Positions 14,627 to 25,124 of a stretch of DNA of 64,000 nucleotides are shown in pieces; position 1 is the stretch's first letter, and each line of letters starts with the position of its first letter. The stretch comes from an uncultured Bacteroidales bacterium. Its GTDB lineage: Bacteria; Bacteroidota; Bacteroidia; Bacteroidales; UBA932. A program made the translations under genes and the position numbers. Location of the stretch: positions 2,862-66,861 of the forward strand of contig CALVAJ010000009.1 of assembly GCA_944325505.1 (NCBI GenBank), in the 5' to 3' direction. A model generated the notes under the pieces. That model was not told the DNA's origin and did no database searches. It saw only the letters and a program-made list of their open reading frames with translations.

Positions 14627-15448
14627 TCATTCTGCAACTCTCCGGCTGAGAGCGGCACCCAGGGCAGTGCGGAACTCGCGATGCTCCGGGAAATGGAATT
14701 CAATCCCGTACAGTTCCGCTATCCTCCTGAACTGAGAGGTACACTGAGGAAGCAGAGACATGTTCCCTATCAGGACGAAATCGGTCACACCCGTATTCCG
14801 TGCTATGAAGTTCGCCGAACTGCCGATAGTCTGGTATATCATGTTGACAAGCCCTGCGGCTATATCTTCCCGGGAGGAAGTCTGGTCCGCCTTGCCGAAA
14901 TTGGATGCCGTGACATCCAGAGGAAGGCCGGGAAGTTCTTCACGGCATATGTCCCCTATATTCAGATCTACATTCCGCACATCCCCTTTCTCCGCCAGAT
15001 CCGTTACCTTTCTGATATCGGACGTTTTCAGCAGCAGGCCGGAAAGTCCGCGAAGAGTACCTCCTCCTACCGCCAGTCCGCCAAGATGCGTAACGCTGTC
15101 CCCGTCTACCAGGACAAACGATGTTCCGGTTCCCATGCTCACTACGACCATGCGGTCAAGTCCGCTATTGTATCTCGCCCCTCTTGCATTCGCCAGGAAC
15201 TCATCGACCCTGGATGTCGGCAGCCCATAGAGAGGTCCGGATACACAGGCACTGCCTGCACCTGTAATCATGACACGGTCTATGTTGCCGAGACTTATTC
15301 CATTGTCATAGATATATTTGCCGAAGGCACCGAAAAGCGAGGTAACCGGATCCGCCGCAGTTATGCACTGCGGGGAACGTATCTGCCCGTTCTCCACACC
15401 TACTATCTTGGTGGTACTGCCGCCGACGTCTATACCCAATGTTATCAT
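14627..15448 (-). CDS. ASKHA-fold kinase resembling type II pantothenate kinase (CoaW-like)
   Basis: 273 aa. It has N-terminal GIDVGGSTTKIV, then GTGTS, GGGTLRGL, GD..NVDL and LTASNFG-like motifs, in the order I recall for Staphylococcus-type PanK-II. The assignment is from memory, not from a search. Confidence 0.6.
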   Translation of the reverse strand: MITLGIDVGGSTTKIVGVENGQIRSPQCITAADPVTSLFGAFGKYIYDNGISLGNIDRVMITGAGSACVSGPLYGLPTSRVDEFLANARGARYNSGLDRMVVVSMGTGTSFVLVDGDSVTHLGGLAVGGGTLRGLSGLLLKTSDIRKVTDLAEKGDVRNVDLNIGDICREELPGLPLDVTASNFGKADQTSSREDIAAGLVNMIYQTIGSSANFIARNTGVTDFVLIGNMSLLPQCTSQFRRIAELYGIEFHFPEHREFRTALGAALSRRVAE

Positions 15449-15452
15449 ATCA

Positions 15453-16859
15453 TTAAAATTTTCCGTCCTTGTTGGCCTGCTCTACAGGCTGGTAAAGTCT
15501 GGTCGGGTATTTCCCGTTAAAGCAGGCAAGGCACAGCTGGCTGCGCTCCCCCGCCTTGAACAGGGCTTCTTCAGAGAGGAATGCCACGGAGTCTACATCC
15601 AGGATACTTTTCACCTCGTCCAAAGTCTTGTGGGCGCATATGAGTTCTTCATACGTAGACATGTCCACTCCATAAAAGCAAGGACTCTTGATCTGCGGGC
15701 TGGCAATCCTCAGATGAACCTCCTTCGCACCTGCTTCCCGCAGAATCTGCACTATCCTTTTCGATGTGGTTCCCCGTACGACCGAATCGTCTATCAGGAC
15801 CACCCTCTTCCCCTTCACTATCGAAACCACTGCGGAAAGCTTCATCCTGACACCTTTCTCCCTCATCTCCTGGGAAGGCTGGATGAATGTCCTTCCTATA
15901 TAGCGGTTCTTTACCAGCCCCATTTCGTAAGGAAGGCCCGATGCCTCGCTGTATCCTATCGCGGCACTGAGGCTCGAGTCCGGGACTCCGACCACGATGT
16001 CGGCGTCCGCCGGTGCCTCCTTATACAGAAGACGTCCTGATTCCTTTCTGAAACTATGGACGTTACATCCTTCTATGTCGCTGTCCGGACGGGCAAAATA
16101 TATGTATTCCATCGCGCACATATGGTGCGAGCAGTCATCCGTGTATTTCCTGCTTCTGATGCCGTGATGGTCGATAGTGACTATCTCCCCGGGCTCGATA
16201 TCCCTTATGTACTCGGCCCCTATAACATGGAATGCACATGTTTCGCTGCTGACCACGTATCCGTCTCCGAGACGCCCCAGAGCCAGAGGCCGGAGGCCGT
16301 ATCTGTCACGGCAGGCATATATCCTGTTGGCGGTCATTATAAGGAATGCAAACGCCCCGTCCACTTCATTGAGGGCGCTTTCGATGGAAAATATCCTGGG
16401 CTTATGAGCTTCAGCACTGTCTTTCTTTATAAGGTGCGCCAGCACTTCGCTGTCGGAAGATGACTGGAACAGGCTTCCCTTGTCCTCCAGTGCCTTGCGC
16501 AAAAGCGCGTAGTTCACCAGATTTCCGTTATGCGCCAGTGCGAAATCCCCGGTATGGTGCCTGAAAAGGAAAGGCTGGACATTCTCTATGCCTCCGCCGC
16601 CCGTAGTGGAATAACGCACATGCCCTATCGCCATGCTTCCCGGAAGGGAGGAAAGTTTCTGTCCGTCGAATACCTCTGTCACCAGACCTTCCCCCTTGAT
16701 CCTTTTCATGCTCCCGTCAGGGGCGGCAGCTACAATCCCGCAGCCCTCCTGTCCCCTGTGCTGCAGGGCATGAAGGGCATAATATGCAAGGTTTGCAGCA
16801 TCCGGAACACCCCAGATGCCGAAGACACCACACTCTTCATTCAAACCTCTGTCAAACAT
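15453..16859 (-). CDS. purF: Amidophosphoribosyltransferase
   Basis: 468 aa with an N-terminal Cys nucleophile context (ECGVFG) and a PRTase motif (VVLIDDSVVRGTT). Confidence 0.97.
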   Translation of the reverse strand: MFDRGLNEECGVFGIWGVPDAANLAYYALHALQHRGQEGCGIVAAAPDGSMKRIKGEGLVTEVFDGQKLSSLPGSMAIGHVRYSTTGGGGIENVQPFLFRHHTGDFALAHNGNLVNYALLRKALEDKGSLFQSSSDSEVLAHLIKKDSAEAHKPRIFSIESALNEVDGAFAFLIMTANRIYACRDRYGLRPLALGRLGDGYVVSSETCAFHVIGAEYIRDIEPGEIVTIDHHGIRSRKYTDDCSHHMCAMEYIYFARPDSDIEGCNVHSFRKESGRLLYKEAPADADIVVGVPDSSLSAAIGYSEASGLPYEMGLVKNRYIGRTFIQPSQEMREKGVRMKLSAVVSIVKGKRVVLIDDSVVRGTTSKRIVQILREAGAKEVHLRIASPQIKSPCFYGVDMSTYEELICAHKTLDEVKSILDVDSVAFLSEEALFKAGERSQLCLACFNGKYPTRLYQPVEQANKDGKF

Positions 16860-16863
16860 AAGC

Positions 16864-19800
16864 CTATTTCCCTCTGAAATAATTTACAGCGTTTACAAAG
16901 AGCGGCTGCTCCAGCTCCTCCTCAATATTCTTGAACAGGTTCTTCTCGTAACGCTCGGTATGACCCATCTTTCCGAGTATCTGTCCGTTACGGCTGATGA
17001 TACCTTCGATGGCATAGTAAGAGCCGTTAGGGTTGTACGGTGACTCCATCGTGACTTCTTCCGTCACCGGATCCACATACTGGAAAGCCACCTGGCCGTT
17101 TGCGAACAGTTCTTTTGCAAGTTCCTCGTTCACAACGAATTTCCCTTCGCCATGACTGACCGCTATAGTATGGAGGTCCCCTATGGAGAAACCTGAAAGC
17201 CACGGAGAATTGGTCGTCGATACCCTTGTGGTCACCATCTGGGAAATATGACGGTTGATATCATTCCTGAAAAGTGTAGGAGAATCCTTGGTCACCATGC
17301 CCAGGCGACCGTATGGCAGCAGGCCTGACTTGACCAGTGCCTGGAACCCGTTGCAGATACCGAGGATAAGTCCGCCACGGTCAAGAAGTTTGTGTATTTC
17401 CTCAGCGATTTCCTTGTTGTTCAACACATTCGCTATGAACTTACCGCTTCCGTCCGGCTCGTCACCGGCAGAGAATCCTCCGCAAAGGGCGAGAATGTTA
17501 CACTCCGAAATGTTCTTTTTCATCTCGGCGATCGACCTGAAGACATCCTCCGGAGTAAGGTTACAGAATACTCCGAAGCGGACTTCGGCGCCGGCTTTGC
17601 GGAACGCCTTGGCCGTGTCATAGTCGCAGTTGGTCCCCGGGAATACCGGAAGGAACGCTACCGGATGCTCTACCGGCTCGCCTTTATACCTGAGTTCGGA
17701 CTTCTTTACTTTAAGAGGCTTGATTTCCGGCATTCCAGACGGGGCGACCTTCTTGAACGAAGGCTCGCAGCTGTCCGGATAGACCTGTGAGAACTTAACT
17801 CCGTTCACCTCCATCAGTTCAAAGACCGACAACGCCTTGCCGTTGATATGGAGCATCCCGTCCTCGCCGGAAGTGACCGTACCAAGATATTCGGCGGCAG
17901 GATAGTCAAGTTCCTTTTCAGATTCCACCACAATGGAACCGTAACTGTAATTGAACAGGTCTTCTTCCGACACCTTCACATCGATTCCGAATGCGTTGCC
18001 GAACGACATCTTGCACAGGGCCTCGGCCACTCCGCCGAATCCTACCGCGTATCCGGAAACTATGTTCCCCGCTTCTATCTGACCCGTCACGTACTCGAAG
18101 TTCTTCTTCAGCTGCTCCGTGTCAGGCATACGGTTCTTAAGCGGCGTATGACGGATAAGATAGAGCCTGTTGTCTTCCCATTTCAGTTCAGGAGATATGA
18201 CCTTGCCGGCATTTACTGTCGTTATACCGAAAGCCATAAGCATAGGAGGCACATTGATATGCTCGAACGTCCCGCTCATGGAGTCTTTTCCTCCGATGGA
18301 CGGAAGGCCGAGCTCCACCTGCATCTTTATAGCACCCAGAAGTGCCGCAAGCGGCTTGCCCCATGATTTCGGATCATGCGTCATCCTCTCGAAATACTCC
18401 TGGTATGAGAATCTCATGTTCTTATATGAAGCGCCTGCCGCAACGACTTTTGCGCAGGCCTCGACTACAGAATATGCGGCTCCGTGGTACGGGCTCCATG
18501 TGGAAATGTAAGGGTTGTACCCGAACGCCATGATGCTGGCAGTATCGGTATACCCGTCTGTAGGAAGTTTCTGAACCGATACCTGCGTCTCGGTGGTCTG
18601 CAGACAGCCTCCGAACGGCATGAGGACAGTCGAGCGGCCTATGGTCGAGTCGAACATCTCGATAAGGCCTTTCTGTGAAGTGACATTGTATTCCGTGAGA
18701 TCCGAGAAAATCTTTTCCTTAAGGTCGTTGCCTTTGACTTCCTTCTTGAACGGATCGCGGTCCTCCACCGCACCTACAAGCGCCTTTGCATAGTGCCTGG
18801 CTCCTGCACTGTCTATGAACTCACGAGAAATATCGACTACGAGTTTCCCTCCATTATACATACGGAGGCGCTCGGTATCAGTAACATCGGCCACATGGGT
18901 AACTTCTACGTTCTCGCTGCGGCAGTATTCCTCGAACACTTCCCTGTCTTTTGCTTCCACCACTACCGCCATCCTTTCCTGGGACTCACTGATGGCAAGT
19001 TCAGTGGAGTTGAGTCCGCTATATTTGACCGGAACCCTGTCCAGATAGATGTCCAGTCCGTCCGTAAGCTCTCCTATGGCTACGCTGACGCCGCCTGCAC
19101 CGAAGTCGTTGGACTTCTTGATAAGGCGTGTCACTTCCGGACGGCGGAACAGCCGCTGGAGTTTCCTCTCTTCCGGCGCGTTACCTTTCTGCACTTCACT
19201 GCCGCAAGTTTCAAGGGATGCTTCGGTATGCTCCTTAGAAGAACCTGTAGCCCCGCCTATCCCGTCGCGGCCGGTACGGCCTCCGAGCAGGAGGATCACA
19301 TCTCCCGGCACCGGACTCTCCCTGCGGACATTCTCAGCCTTCACTGCACCTACCACAGCCCCGACTTCAAGCCTTTTGGCCACATAACCCGGATGGTAGA
19401 TTTCGCGCACATGGGTAGTTGCAAGCCCTATCTGGTTTCCATAGCTGGAATATCCGGCCGCAGCCTTGCGGCTTATGACCTTCTGCGGGAGCTTGCCGGG
19501 CATGGTGTCGGCAACTTTCTGGTAGATGTCACCCGCACCTGTAACCCTCATGGCCTGGTAGACATAGCTTCTGCCTGAAAGAGGGTCACGGATGGCGCCT
19601 CCCAGACATGTGGCGGCACCTCCGAAAGGTTCTATTTCCGTAGGATGGTTATGTGTCTCGTTCTTGAACTGGAGAAGCCATTTCTCTATCTCCCCGTCCA
19701 CATCCACATCGACATAGATGCTGCAGGCATTGTTCTCCTCGCTTACCTCCATGTCATCCAGAAGGCCTTTTGACTTCAGGTAACGGGCTCCTATCGTAGC

Positions 19801-20607
19801 CATATCCATAAGGTTCAGTCCCTTATGCTCACGGCCCAGTTCTTTGCGCATCTTCAGGTAAAGGTTGAGCGTACCTTCTATGTCCTCCTTGATGAAAGAG
19901 TCCTCAACCCCGATTTCTTCAAGTTCAGTAGTAAATGTCGTATGGCGGCAATGGTCGCTCCAGTATGTATCCAGAATACGGAGCTCCGTCTCGAACGGAT
20001 CCCTGCCTTCTTTCCGGAAGTAGTTCACCACCTCGCGCAGGTCATCCGCATTCATCGCCAGCCCCATCTTCTTGCAGTACGGCTCCAGTTCTTCGTCTTT
20101 CAACGCCGTAAGCCCCTCAAGCACAGGCACCGGAGCCACAGGAGCCTGCTCTGTATCGGTCAGCTTGGAAAGATCCTTCTGACGGGACTCTACCGTATTT
20201 ATACAATAATGTTTTATCCTGGCGATATCCTCCTCGGAAGTGCCAGGATCGAGGATAATCAGTTTCGAACTTTTGATACGGACATCGGCATCTGGCTCGA
20301 TAAGCTTTACGCAGTCCACTGCCGAAGCCGCCCTCTGGTCAAACTGCCCCGGGAGATATTCTATGGCAATATATTTCTTCCCTTCAAGGTCGCATTCATC
20401 CGTAACGCTGTCCGTTACAATCTCTCCGAACACGGAATACCTGCTTTTTTCCAGCAGTTCCGGAGTAAATCCGAACAAATCATAGACATTCAGAAGTCTG
20501 AGGCTCTGCAGGGAAAGCTGCAGATTCTCGTTAAGTTCATTCTTAAGGCTCCTGGCCTCGACCTGGAACTCTGGGTACTTTTCTACGAAAACTCGGTAGT
20601 TGCTCAT
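16864..20607 (-). CDS. purL: Phosphoribosylformylglycinamidine synthase, single-chain large form
   Basis: 1247 aa with fused PurS-like, FGAM synthetase and C-terminal glutaminase (GICNGFQ) regions. Confidence 0.95.
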   Translation of the reverse strand: MSNYRVFVEKYPEFQVEARSLKNELNENLQLSLQSLRLLNVYDLFGFTPELLEKSRYSVFGEIVTDSVTDECDLEGKKYIAIEYLPGQFDQRAASAVDCVKLIEPDADVRIKSSKLIILDPGTSEEDIARIKHYCINTVESRQKDLSKLTDTEQAPVAPVPVLEGLTALKDEELEPYCKKMGLAMNADDLREVVNYFRKEGRDPFETELRILDTYWSDHCRHTTFTTELEEIGVEDSFIKEDIEGTLNLYLKMRKELGREHKGLNLMDMATIGARYLKSKGLLDDMEVSEENNACSIYVDVDVDGEIEKWLLQFKNETHNHPTEIEPFGGAATCLGGAIRDPLSGRSYVYQAMRVTGAGDIYQKVADTMPGKLPQKVISRKAAAGYSSYGNQIGLATTHVREIYHPGYVAKRLEVGAVVGAVKAENVRRESPVPGDVILLLGGRTGRDGIGGATGSSKEHTEASLETCGSEVQKGNAPEERKLQRLFRRPEVTRLIKKSNDFGAGGVSVAIGELTDGLDIYLDRVPVKYSGLNSTELAISESQERMAVVVEAKDREVFEEYCRSENVEVTHVADVTDTERLRMYNGGKLVVDISREFIDSAGARHYAKALVGAVEDRDPFKKEVKGNDLKEKIFSDLTEYNVTSQKGLIEMFDSTIGRSTVLMPFGGCLQTTETQVSVQKLPTDGYTDTASIMAFGYNPYISTWSPYHGAAYSVVEACAKVVAAGASYKNMRFSYQEYFERMTHDPKSWGKPLAALLGAIKMQVELGLPSIGGKDSMSGTFEHINVPPMLMAFGITTVNAGKVISPELKWEDNRLYLIRHTPLKNRMPDTEQLKKNFEYVTGQIEAGNIVSGYAVGFGGVAEALCKMSFGNAFGIDVKVSEEDLFNYSYGSIVVESEKELDYPAAEYLGTVTSGEDGMLHINGKALSVFELMEVNGVKFSQVYPDSCEPSFKKVAPSGMPEIKPLKVKKSELRYKGEPVEHPVAFLPVFPGTNCDYDTAKAFRKAGAEVRFGVFCNLTPEDVFRSIAEMKKNISECNILALCGGFSAGDEPDGSGKFIANVLNNKEIAEEIHKLLDRGGLILGICNGFQALVKSGLLPYGRLGMVTKDSPTLFRNDINRHISQMVTTRVSTTNSPWLSGFSIGDLHTIAVSHGEGKFVVNEELAKELFANGQVAFQYVDPVTEEVTMESPYNPNGSYYAIEGIISRNGQILGKMGHTERYEKNLFKNIEEELEQPLFVNAVNYFRGK

Positions 20608-20675
20608 ATTGTCTATATAAATTATTTCTTTTACTTATTCTGTTCCTCAGGTTTCGGGATCCGCCTTCCGCACGA

Positions 20676-21971
20676 CTATACGAAACGGGCCGCCCAAACG
20701 GACCTGAACTCATCCGGTGTCATGGGTGTGAAAGTGATATGTCCCATCTTGCGTTTCGGACGCGACTGGGACTTTCCGTACAGGTGCACATAAACACCTT
20801 TACCGGCTTCTCCGCAGAACGCGTTGTCAACATCCTCCGGGGAGTCCACGCTCACTCCAGGTCCGGCGCCTTTAAGGGATTCCGCCACAATAGCCTTTGC
20901 CGCCTCCAGATCCTGGCCGAGAATATTCTTCATTACGGTCGGAGCCAGCAGCTTCGGAGTCTCAAGCGGCTGGCCGAGGAGGAAACGGCACAGTTCCCTG
21001 TACTGGTTGGTGCTGCAGCCTTCTATGGTGTAATGGCCGCTGTTATGAGGACGCGGAGCCATCTCATTGAAATAGAAATCATCGCCTTTTATAAAAAGTT
21101 CGACAGCCAGTATCCCCTTGTACCCGCAGCTTTTCATGAAGTCTTCGCAGGCTTTTGCGATTCTTGCCCCGGCCGGGCTCTCGCGAAGTCCGTCAGACAA
21201 TCCCGGAGCCGGGACTATGCTCAGATCAAGGATACCTCCGGTGTGTATATTTCGCCCGATAGGGAAATGGATGATTTTATCCCCGTCATTTACCATGACG
21301 ACACTGGCCTCATAGTCGAAACCGACGAATTTTTCAAGTATGCACGGAACTTTCAGCAGCTCCGATGCAGTCTCTATGTCCTGTTCCCCTTTTATGACCG
21401 CCTGGCCGTGACCGTCATATCCGAGGGTCCTGGTCTTCAGGACACACGGCATGCCGAGAACAGACACGGCCTTTTCAAGCTGCGAGAGCCTCTCCTTTCT
21501 GGAAAGAGACGCGGCATCTTCAGCCGACATAGGGACAGGAAACTCCGGATTTCCGGGGAACGGCTCCTCCCCTTCTTCCGGAGTAATGAAATCAAGGGCA
21601 GGCACCGGAATGAAATCCGGGGTACGGAGACCGTGTATACGGGCATTGGCCTTCTCCCTGAGCCTGTCCTGGGAATCGAACAGAGGGGCTACCCCCTGCT
21701 TTATGTTGTATTTGCCTTCAATATGCCTGAGAACCTCGCCCGGGACATTCTCGAACTCGTATGTAACGACGTCACTTCCTTCACAGAGTTCCTCAAGGGC
21801 CTTTATGTCATCATACGCCCCGACGACATGTCTGTCCGCCACGGCGAAAGCAGGCGCATCCGGAGAAGGGTCAAGCACTGCGACTTCCGCGCCGAGGTCA
21901 TGCGCTTCCTGCGCTATCATGAGGCCCAGCTGGCCGCCTCCTATTATTGCGATTGTCTTTTTATTGTCCAT
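20676..21971 (-). CDS. purK: 5-(carboxyamino)imidazole ribonucleotide synthase (ATP-grasp)
   Basis: 431 aa, PurK-like (IAIIGGGQLG..., ATP-grasp core). It carries an acidic/Pro-rich insertion of roughly 50 aa relative to typical PurK length. Confidence 0.88.
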   Translation of the reverse strand: MDNKKTIAIIGGGQLGLMIAQEAHDLGAEVAVLDPSPDAPAFAVADRHVVGAYDDIKALEELCEGSDVVTYEFENVPGEVLRHIEGKYNIKQGVAPLFDSQDRLREKANARIHGLRTPDFIPVPALDFITPEEGEEPFPGNPEFPVPMSAEDAASLSRKERLSQLEKAVSVLGMPCVLKTRTLGYDGHGQAVIKGEQDIETASELLKVPCILEKFVGFDYEASVVMVNDGDKIIHFPIGRNIHTGGILDLSIVPAPGLSDGLRESPAGARIAKACEDFMKSCGYKGILAVELFIKGDDFYFNEMAPRPHNSGHYTIEGCSTNQYRELCRFLLGQPLETPKLLAPTVMKNILGQDLEAAKAIVAESLKGAGPGVSVDSPEDVDNAFCGEAGKGVYVHLYGKSQSRPKRKMGHITFTPMTPDEFRSVWAARFV

Positions 21972-22020
21972 TGGTTTCCGATTCTTGTTCTGCCTGACTT
22001 CCGTTTACTGCCGTCCTAAT

Positions 22021-22488
22021 TCAGATTTCAGCTTTCAGGACAGACTCCGTCTGGTCTTTACGGAACTTTTCAAGCTTCTCCGCAATGCCTCTGTCCTGGA
22101 GGGCAAGAATAGAAGCCGCTATGAGCGCAGCATTCTTCGCCCCGTTAATGGCCACCGTTGCAACCGGCACCCCGCCAGGCATCTGCACTATGGAAAGGAG
22201 TGAATCGAGACCGTTGAGAGCCCTGGATTTCACCGGCACTCCGATGACCGGCAGCGTAGTCATGGCAGCCACCATTCCGGGAAGGTGCGCAGCTCCGCCG
22301 GCTCCCGCGATAATGACGGATATTCCCCTGTCTTTGGCCGTCTTCGCGTATTCATACATAAGCTCCGGAGTACGGTGTGCGCTGACAACGCGTTTCTCGA
22401 ATTCAATCCCGAGTTCCGCAAGCATGTCCACCGCTCCCGACATCACTTCGTAGTCACTGGTAGACCCCATGATAATCCCGACTTTCAT
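22021..22488 (-). CDS. purE: N5-CAIR mutase
   Basis: PurE sequence from [16 protein letters not shown] (ATG at 22488). The ORF extension to 22629 overlaps the promoter region and is rejected. Confidence 0.95.
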   Translation of the reverse strand: MKVGIIMGSTSDYEVMSGAVDMLAELGIEFEKRVVSAHRTPELMYEYAKTAKDRGISVIIAGAGGAAHLPGMVAAMTTLPVIGVPVKSRALNGLDSLLSIVQMPGGVPVATVAINGAKNAALIAASILALQDRGIAEKLEKFRKDQTESVLKAEI

Positions 22489-22517
22489 AGCAGTTCGATT
22501 TAAATTTACATATCGTG

Positions 22518-22525
22518 CAAAGATA
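22518..22525 (-). promoter_or_regulatory. Bacteroidota -7 promoter motif (TATCTTTG) for the pur operon
   Basis: The reverse complement of CAAAGATA matches TAnnTTTG about 30 nt upstream of the purE ATG. The implied leader is too short for a riboswitch. Confidence 0.6.
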
Positions 22526-22606
22526 CGGAAAGAAAATGAGATTCCGTTTTGATTCGTCATATTAAAATGACTATATTCGCACGATTTATCAATATTTCCT
22601 GAAAAT

Positions 22607-24169
22607 ATGAGAGATTTATATATCACCAACTCCCTTTCGAGGAAAAAGGAACTGTTCGTACCGCTTCAGAAAGACCATGTGGGACTCTATGTCTGCGGAC
22701 CTACCGTATACGGTGACGCGCATCTGGGACACGCACGCCCGGGAATCACATACGACGTATTTGTCAGGCTGCTGCGCCATCTCGGATATAAAGTACGTTA
22801 TGTCCGGAATATAACCGATGTAGGACATCTTGAACACGATGCAGACGAGGGCGAGGACAAGATAGCCAAAAAGGCAAGGCTGGAACAACTGGAGCCTATG
22901 GAGGTGGTCCAGACCTACACCCTGCGGTACCACGAAGCGATGAGGATGCTGAACGTGGCGCCTCCGTCCATAGAGCCCCGCGCGTCAGGGCATATAATAG
23001 AGCAGATAGAGCTGGTGCAGAAGATACTGGACTCCGGCTACGCATATATCAGCAACGGATCGGTATATTTCGATGTACGGAAATACGACCGGGACCATAA
23101 ATACGGCATACTTTCCGGCCGCACGCTGGATGAAACCAGGGAAGGCACACGCGAGCTGGACGGACAGGGCGACAAGCATGCGCCGTACGATTTCGCACTC
23201 TGGAAAAAAGCATCTCCGGAGCATATAATGAAATGGCCTTCACCGTGGAGCGAAGGCTTCCCGGGCTGGCATCTGGAATGCTCTGCTATGAGTGAAAAAT
23301 ACCTCGGGAAAGAGTTCGACATACACGGCGGAGGGATGGACCTGATGTTCCCCCACCACGAATGCGAACTGGCTCAGAATACAGCCTCGCGCGGCGAAGG
23401 CGGCGTGCGTTACTGGATGCACAACAACATGATCACCATCAACGGCAAGAAGATGGGCAAGTCCCTCGGGAATTTCATCACCCTGCAGGAACTGTTCTCA
23501 GGATCACACAAGCTGCTGGAGCAGGCTTACTCTCCAATGACCGTCAGGTTCTTCATCCTCCAGGCTCATTACAGGAGTACCCTGGATTTCAGCAATGAAG
23601 CTCTTCAGGCAGCAGAAAAAGGACTTAGAAGAGTCATGCTGGCGGCAAAGGACCTTCGGGAAATGGCTTCCGCCGGGGTCGCATCGGAAGTACGGGGGAC
23701 GGAAGGGCATGGACCCGGAGAACTGTCATACGGGGAATTCATCACCGACACCGCTCCGGAAAATTTCGACGGCGCATCAGCCGAGATAAAAACCTTGTGC
23801 GAAAATGTCTACGAAGCCCTGTGCGATGACCTCAACACCCCTGTAGCGATAGCGCATATCTTCGATGCCGTAAGAATCATAAATTCAGCCAAAGACAGGA
23901 AGGCTTCCCTTACAAAAGAAGACCTCTGCACCCTCCTCAGACTTTTCGATGATATAATTTTCGGCGTGCTCGGACTGAGAGACGAGGAAGCCGCAGGAGG
24001 AAAGGCAGAGAAGATCATAGACGGACTTATGGGAATGGTGCTGGAGGAGAGGAAGGCCGCCAAGGAGGCGAAGGACTGGGCCACCAGCGACCGTATCAGG
24101 GACGCCCTGAAAGCACTCGGCATCCAGATCAAGGACACCAAGGACGGCGCCACCTGGTCTATAGAATAA
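22607..24169 (+). CDS. cysS: Cysteine-tRNA ligase
   Basis: 520 aa with HIGH-type (GDAHLGHAR) and KMSKS-type (KMGKS) class I motifs. Confidence 0.97.
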   Translation: MRDLYITNSLSRKKELFVPLQKDHVGLYVCGPTVYGDAHLGHARPGITYDVFVRLLRHLGYKVRYVRNITDVGHLEHDADEGEDKIAKKARLEQLEPMEVVQTYTLRYHEAMRMLNVAPPSIEPRASGHIIEQIELVQKILDSGYAYISNGSVYFDVRKYDRDHKYGILSGRTLDETREGTRELDGQGDKHAPYDFALWKKASPEHIMKWPSPWSEGFPGWHLECSAMSEKYLGKEFDIHGGGMDLMFPHHECELAQNTASRGEGGVRYWMHNNMITINGKKMGKSLGNFITLQELFSGSHKLLEQAYSPMTVRFFILQAHYRSTLDFSNEALQAAEKGLRRVMLAAKDLREMASAGVASEVRGTEGHGPGELSYGEFITDTAPENFDGASAEIKTLCENVYEALCDDLNTPVAIAHIFDAVRIINSAKDRKASLTKEDLCTLLRLFDDIIFGVLGLRDEEAAGGKAEKIIDGLMGMVLEERKAAKEAKDWATSDRIRDALKALGIQIKDTKDGATWSIE

Positions 24170-24262
24170 AACGGCAAACGAATGACGAATACCGCAGCAT
24201 ACCGATGTATGTGAGGATATGAGGAGAGAAGTTTAACGCAGTTATTACAAAAAGAAATAAAA

Positions 24263-25024
24263 ATGGGGAGAATAAAACTCGTTTCATGGAATGTCAACGG
24301 CCTCCGCGCCTGCGCCTCCAAAGGCTTCGCCGACAGTTTCAGACAGCTGGATGCCGACTTTTTCTGCCTGCAGGAAACGAAAATGCAGGAAGGACAGCTG
24401 GATATGGAATTCGAGGGGTACAGGTCTTACTGGAACTATGCGGAGAAAAAAGGATATTCCGGAACTGCGGTATTCACGAAACATGAACCTGTGAATGTAA
24501 CATACGGCATAGGCATTGGCGAGCATGACCATGAAGGCAGGGTCATCACGCTGGAAATGGATGATTTCTATCTTGTCAATGTTTACACTCCCAATTCACA
24601 GGACGAGCTGGCAAGACTCGATTACAGGATGAAATGGGAAGACGATTTCAGGAACTATCTTCTCGGACTTGAAAAAACAAAGCCTGTGATTGTATGCGGC
24701 GACCTCAATGTAGCACATAAGGAAATAGACCTGAAGAATCCGAAGACCAACAGGAGGAATGCAGGCTTCACGGACGAGGAAAGAGCCAAATTCTCCACTT
24801 TATTGGAAAGCGGATTCATTGACACTTTCCGGTATTTCTATCCTGATGCAGAAGGCATATATTCCTGGTGGTCATACAGATTCAGGTCCAGAGAAAAGAA
24901 TGCGGGGTGGAGGATCGACTATTTTCTGGTATCCAAGGGCCTGCAGGAGAGAATAGAAGGGGCGGCAATCCATAACGAGATATTCGGGTCGGACCACTGC
25001 CCCGTAGAACTGACATTACGGTAA
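24263..25024 (+). CDS. xth: Exodeoxyribonuclease III
   Basis: 253 aa, ExoIII/APE family (SWNVNGLRA, CLQETK, SDHCPV). Confidence 0.95.
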   Translation: MGRIKLVSWNVNGLRACASKGFADSFRQLDADFFCLQETKMQEGQLDMEFEGYRSYWNYAEKKGYSGTAVFTKHEPVNVTYGIGIGEHDHEGRVITLEMDDFYLVNVYTPNSQDELARLDYRMKWEDDFRNYLLGLEKTKPVIVCGDLNVAHKEIDLKNPKTNRRNAGFTDEERAKFSTLLESGFIDTFRYFYPDAEGIYSWWSYRFRSREKNAGWRIDYFLVSKGLQERIEGAAIHNEIFGSDHCPVELTLR

Positions 25025-25077
25025 GCAGATTCTTCGACACTGGCTCTATCCCTCTATTCTGAATAACATTTGAAGGT

Positions 25078-25122
25078 GACTTTCGAGTCAAGCATAACGT
25101 AGAAAGTACCCTTTTGTGTCAC
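25078..25122 (+). repeat. Left copy of the 45-nt inverted repeat flanking the TonB-dependent receptor gene
   Basis: GACTTTCGAGTCAAGCATAACGTAGAAAGTACCCTTTTGTGTCAC matches the reverse complement of 27760-27804 at 38 of 45 positions (hand alignment, no gaps). Confidence 0.8.
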
Positions 25123-25124
25123 TT

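Noticed and set aside
22489-22606. Looked for a purine riboswitch or T-box in the purE/cysS divergent intergenic region
   Set aside because: Only promoter-like motifs are present. The purE leader implied by the TATCTTTG motif is about 25 nt, too short for a riboswitch aptamer.
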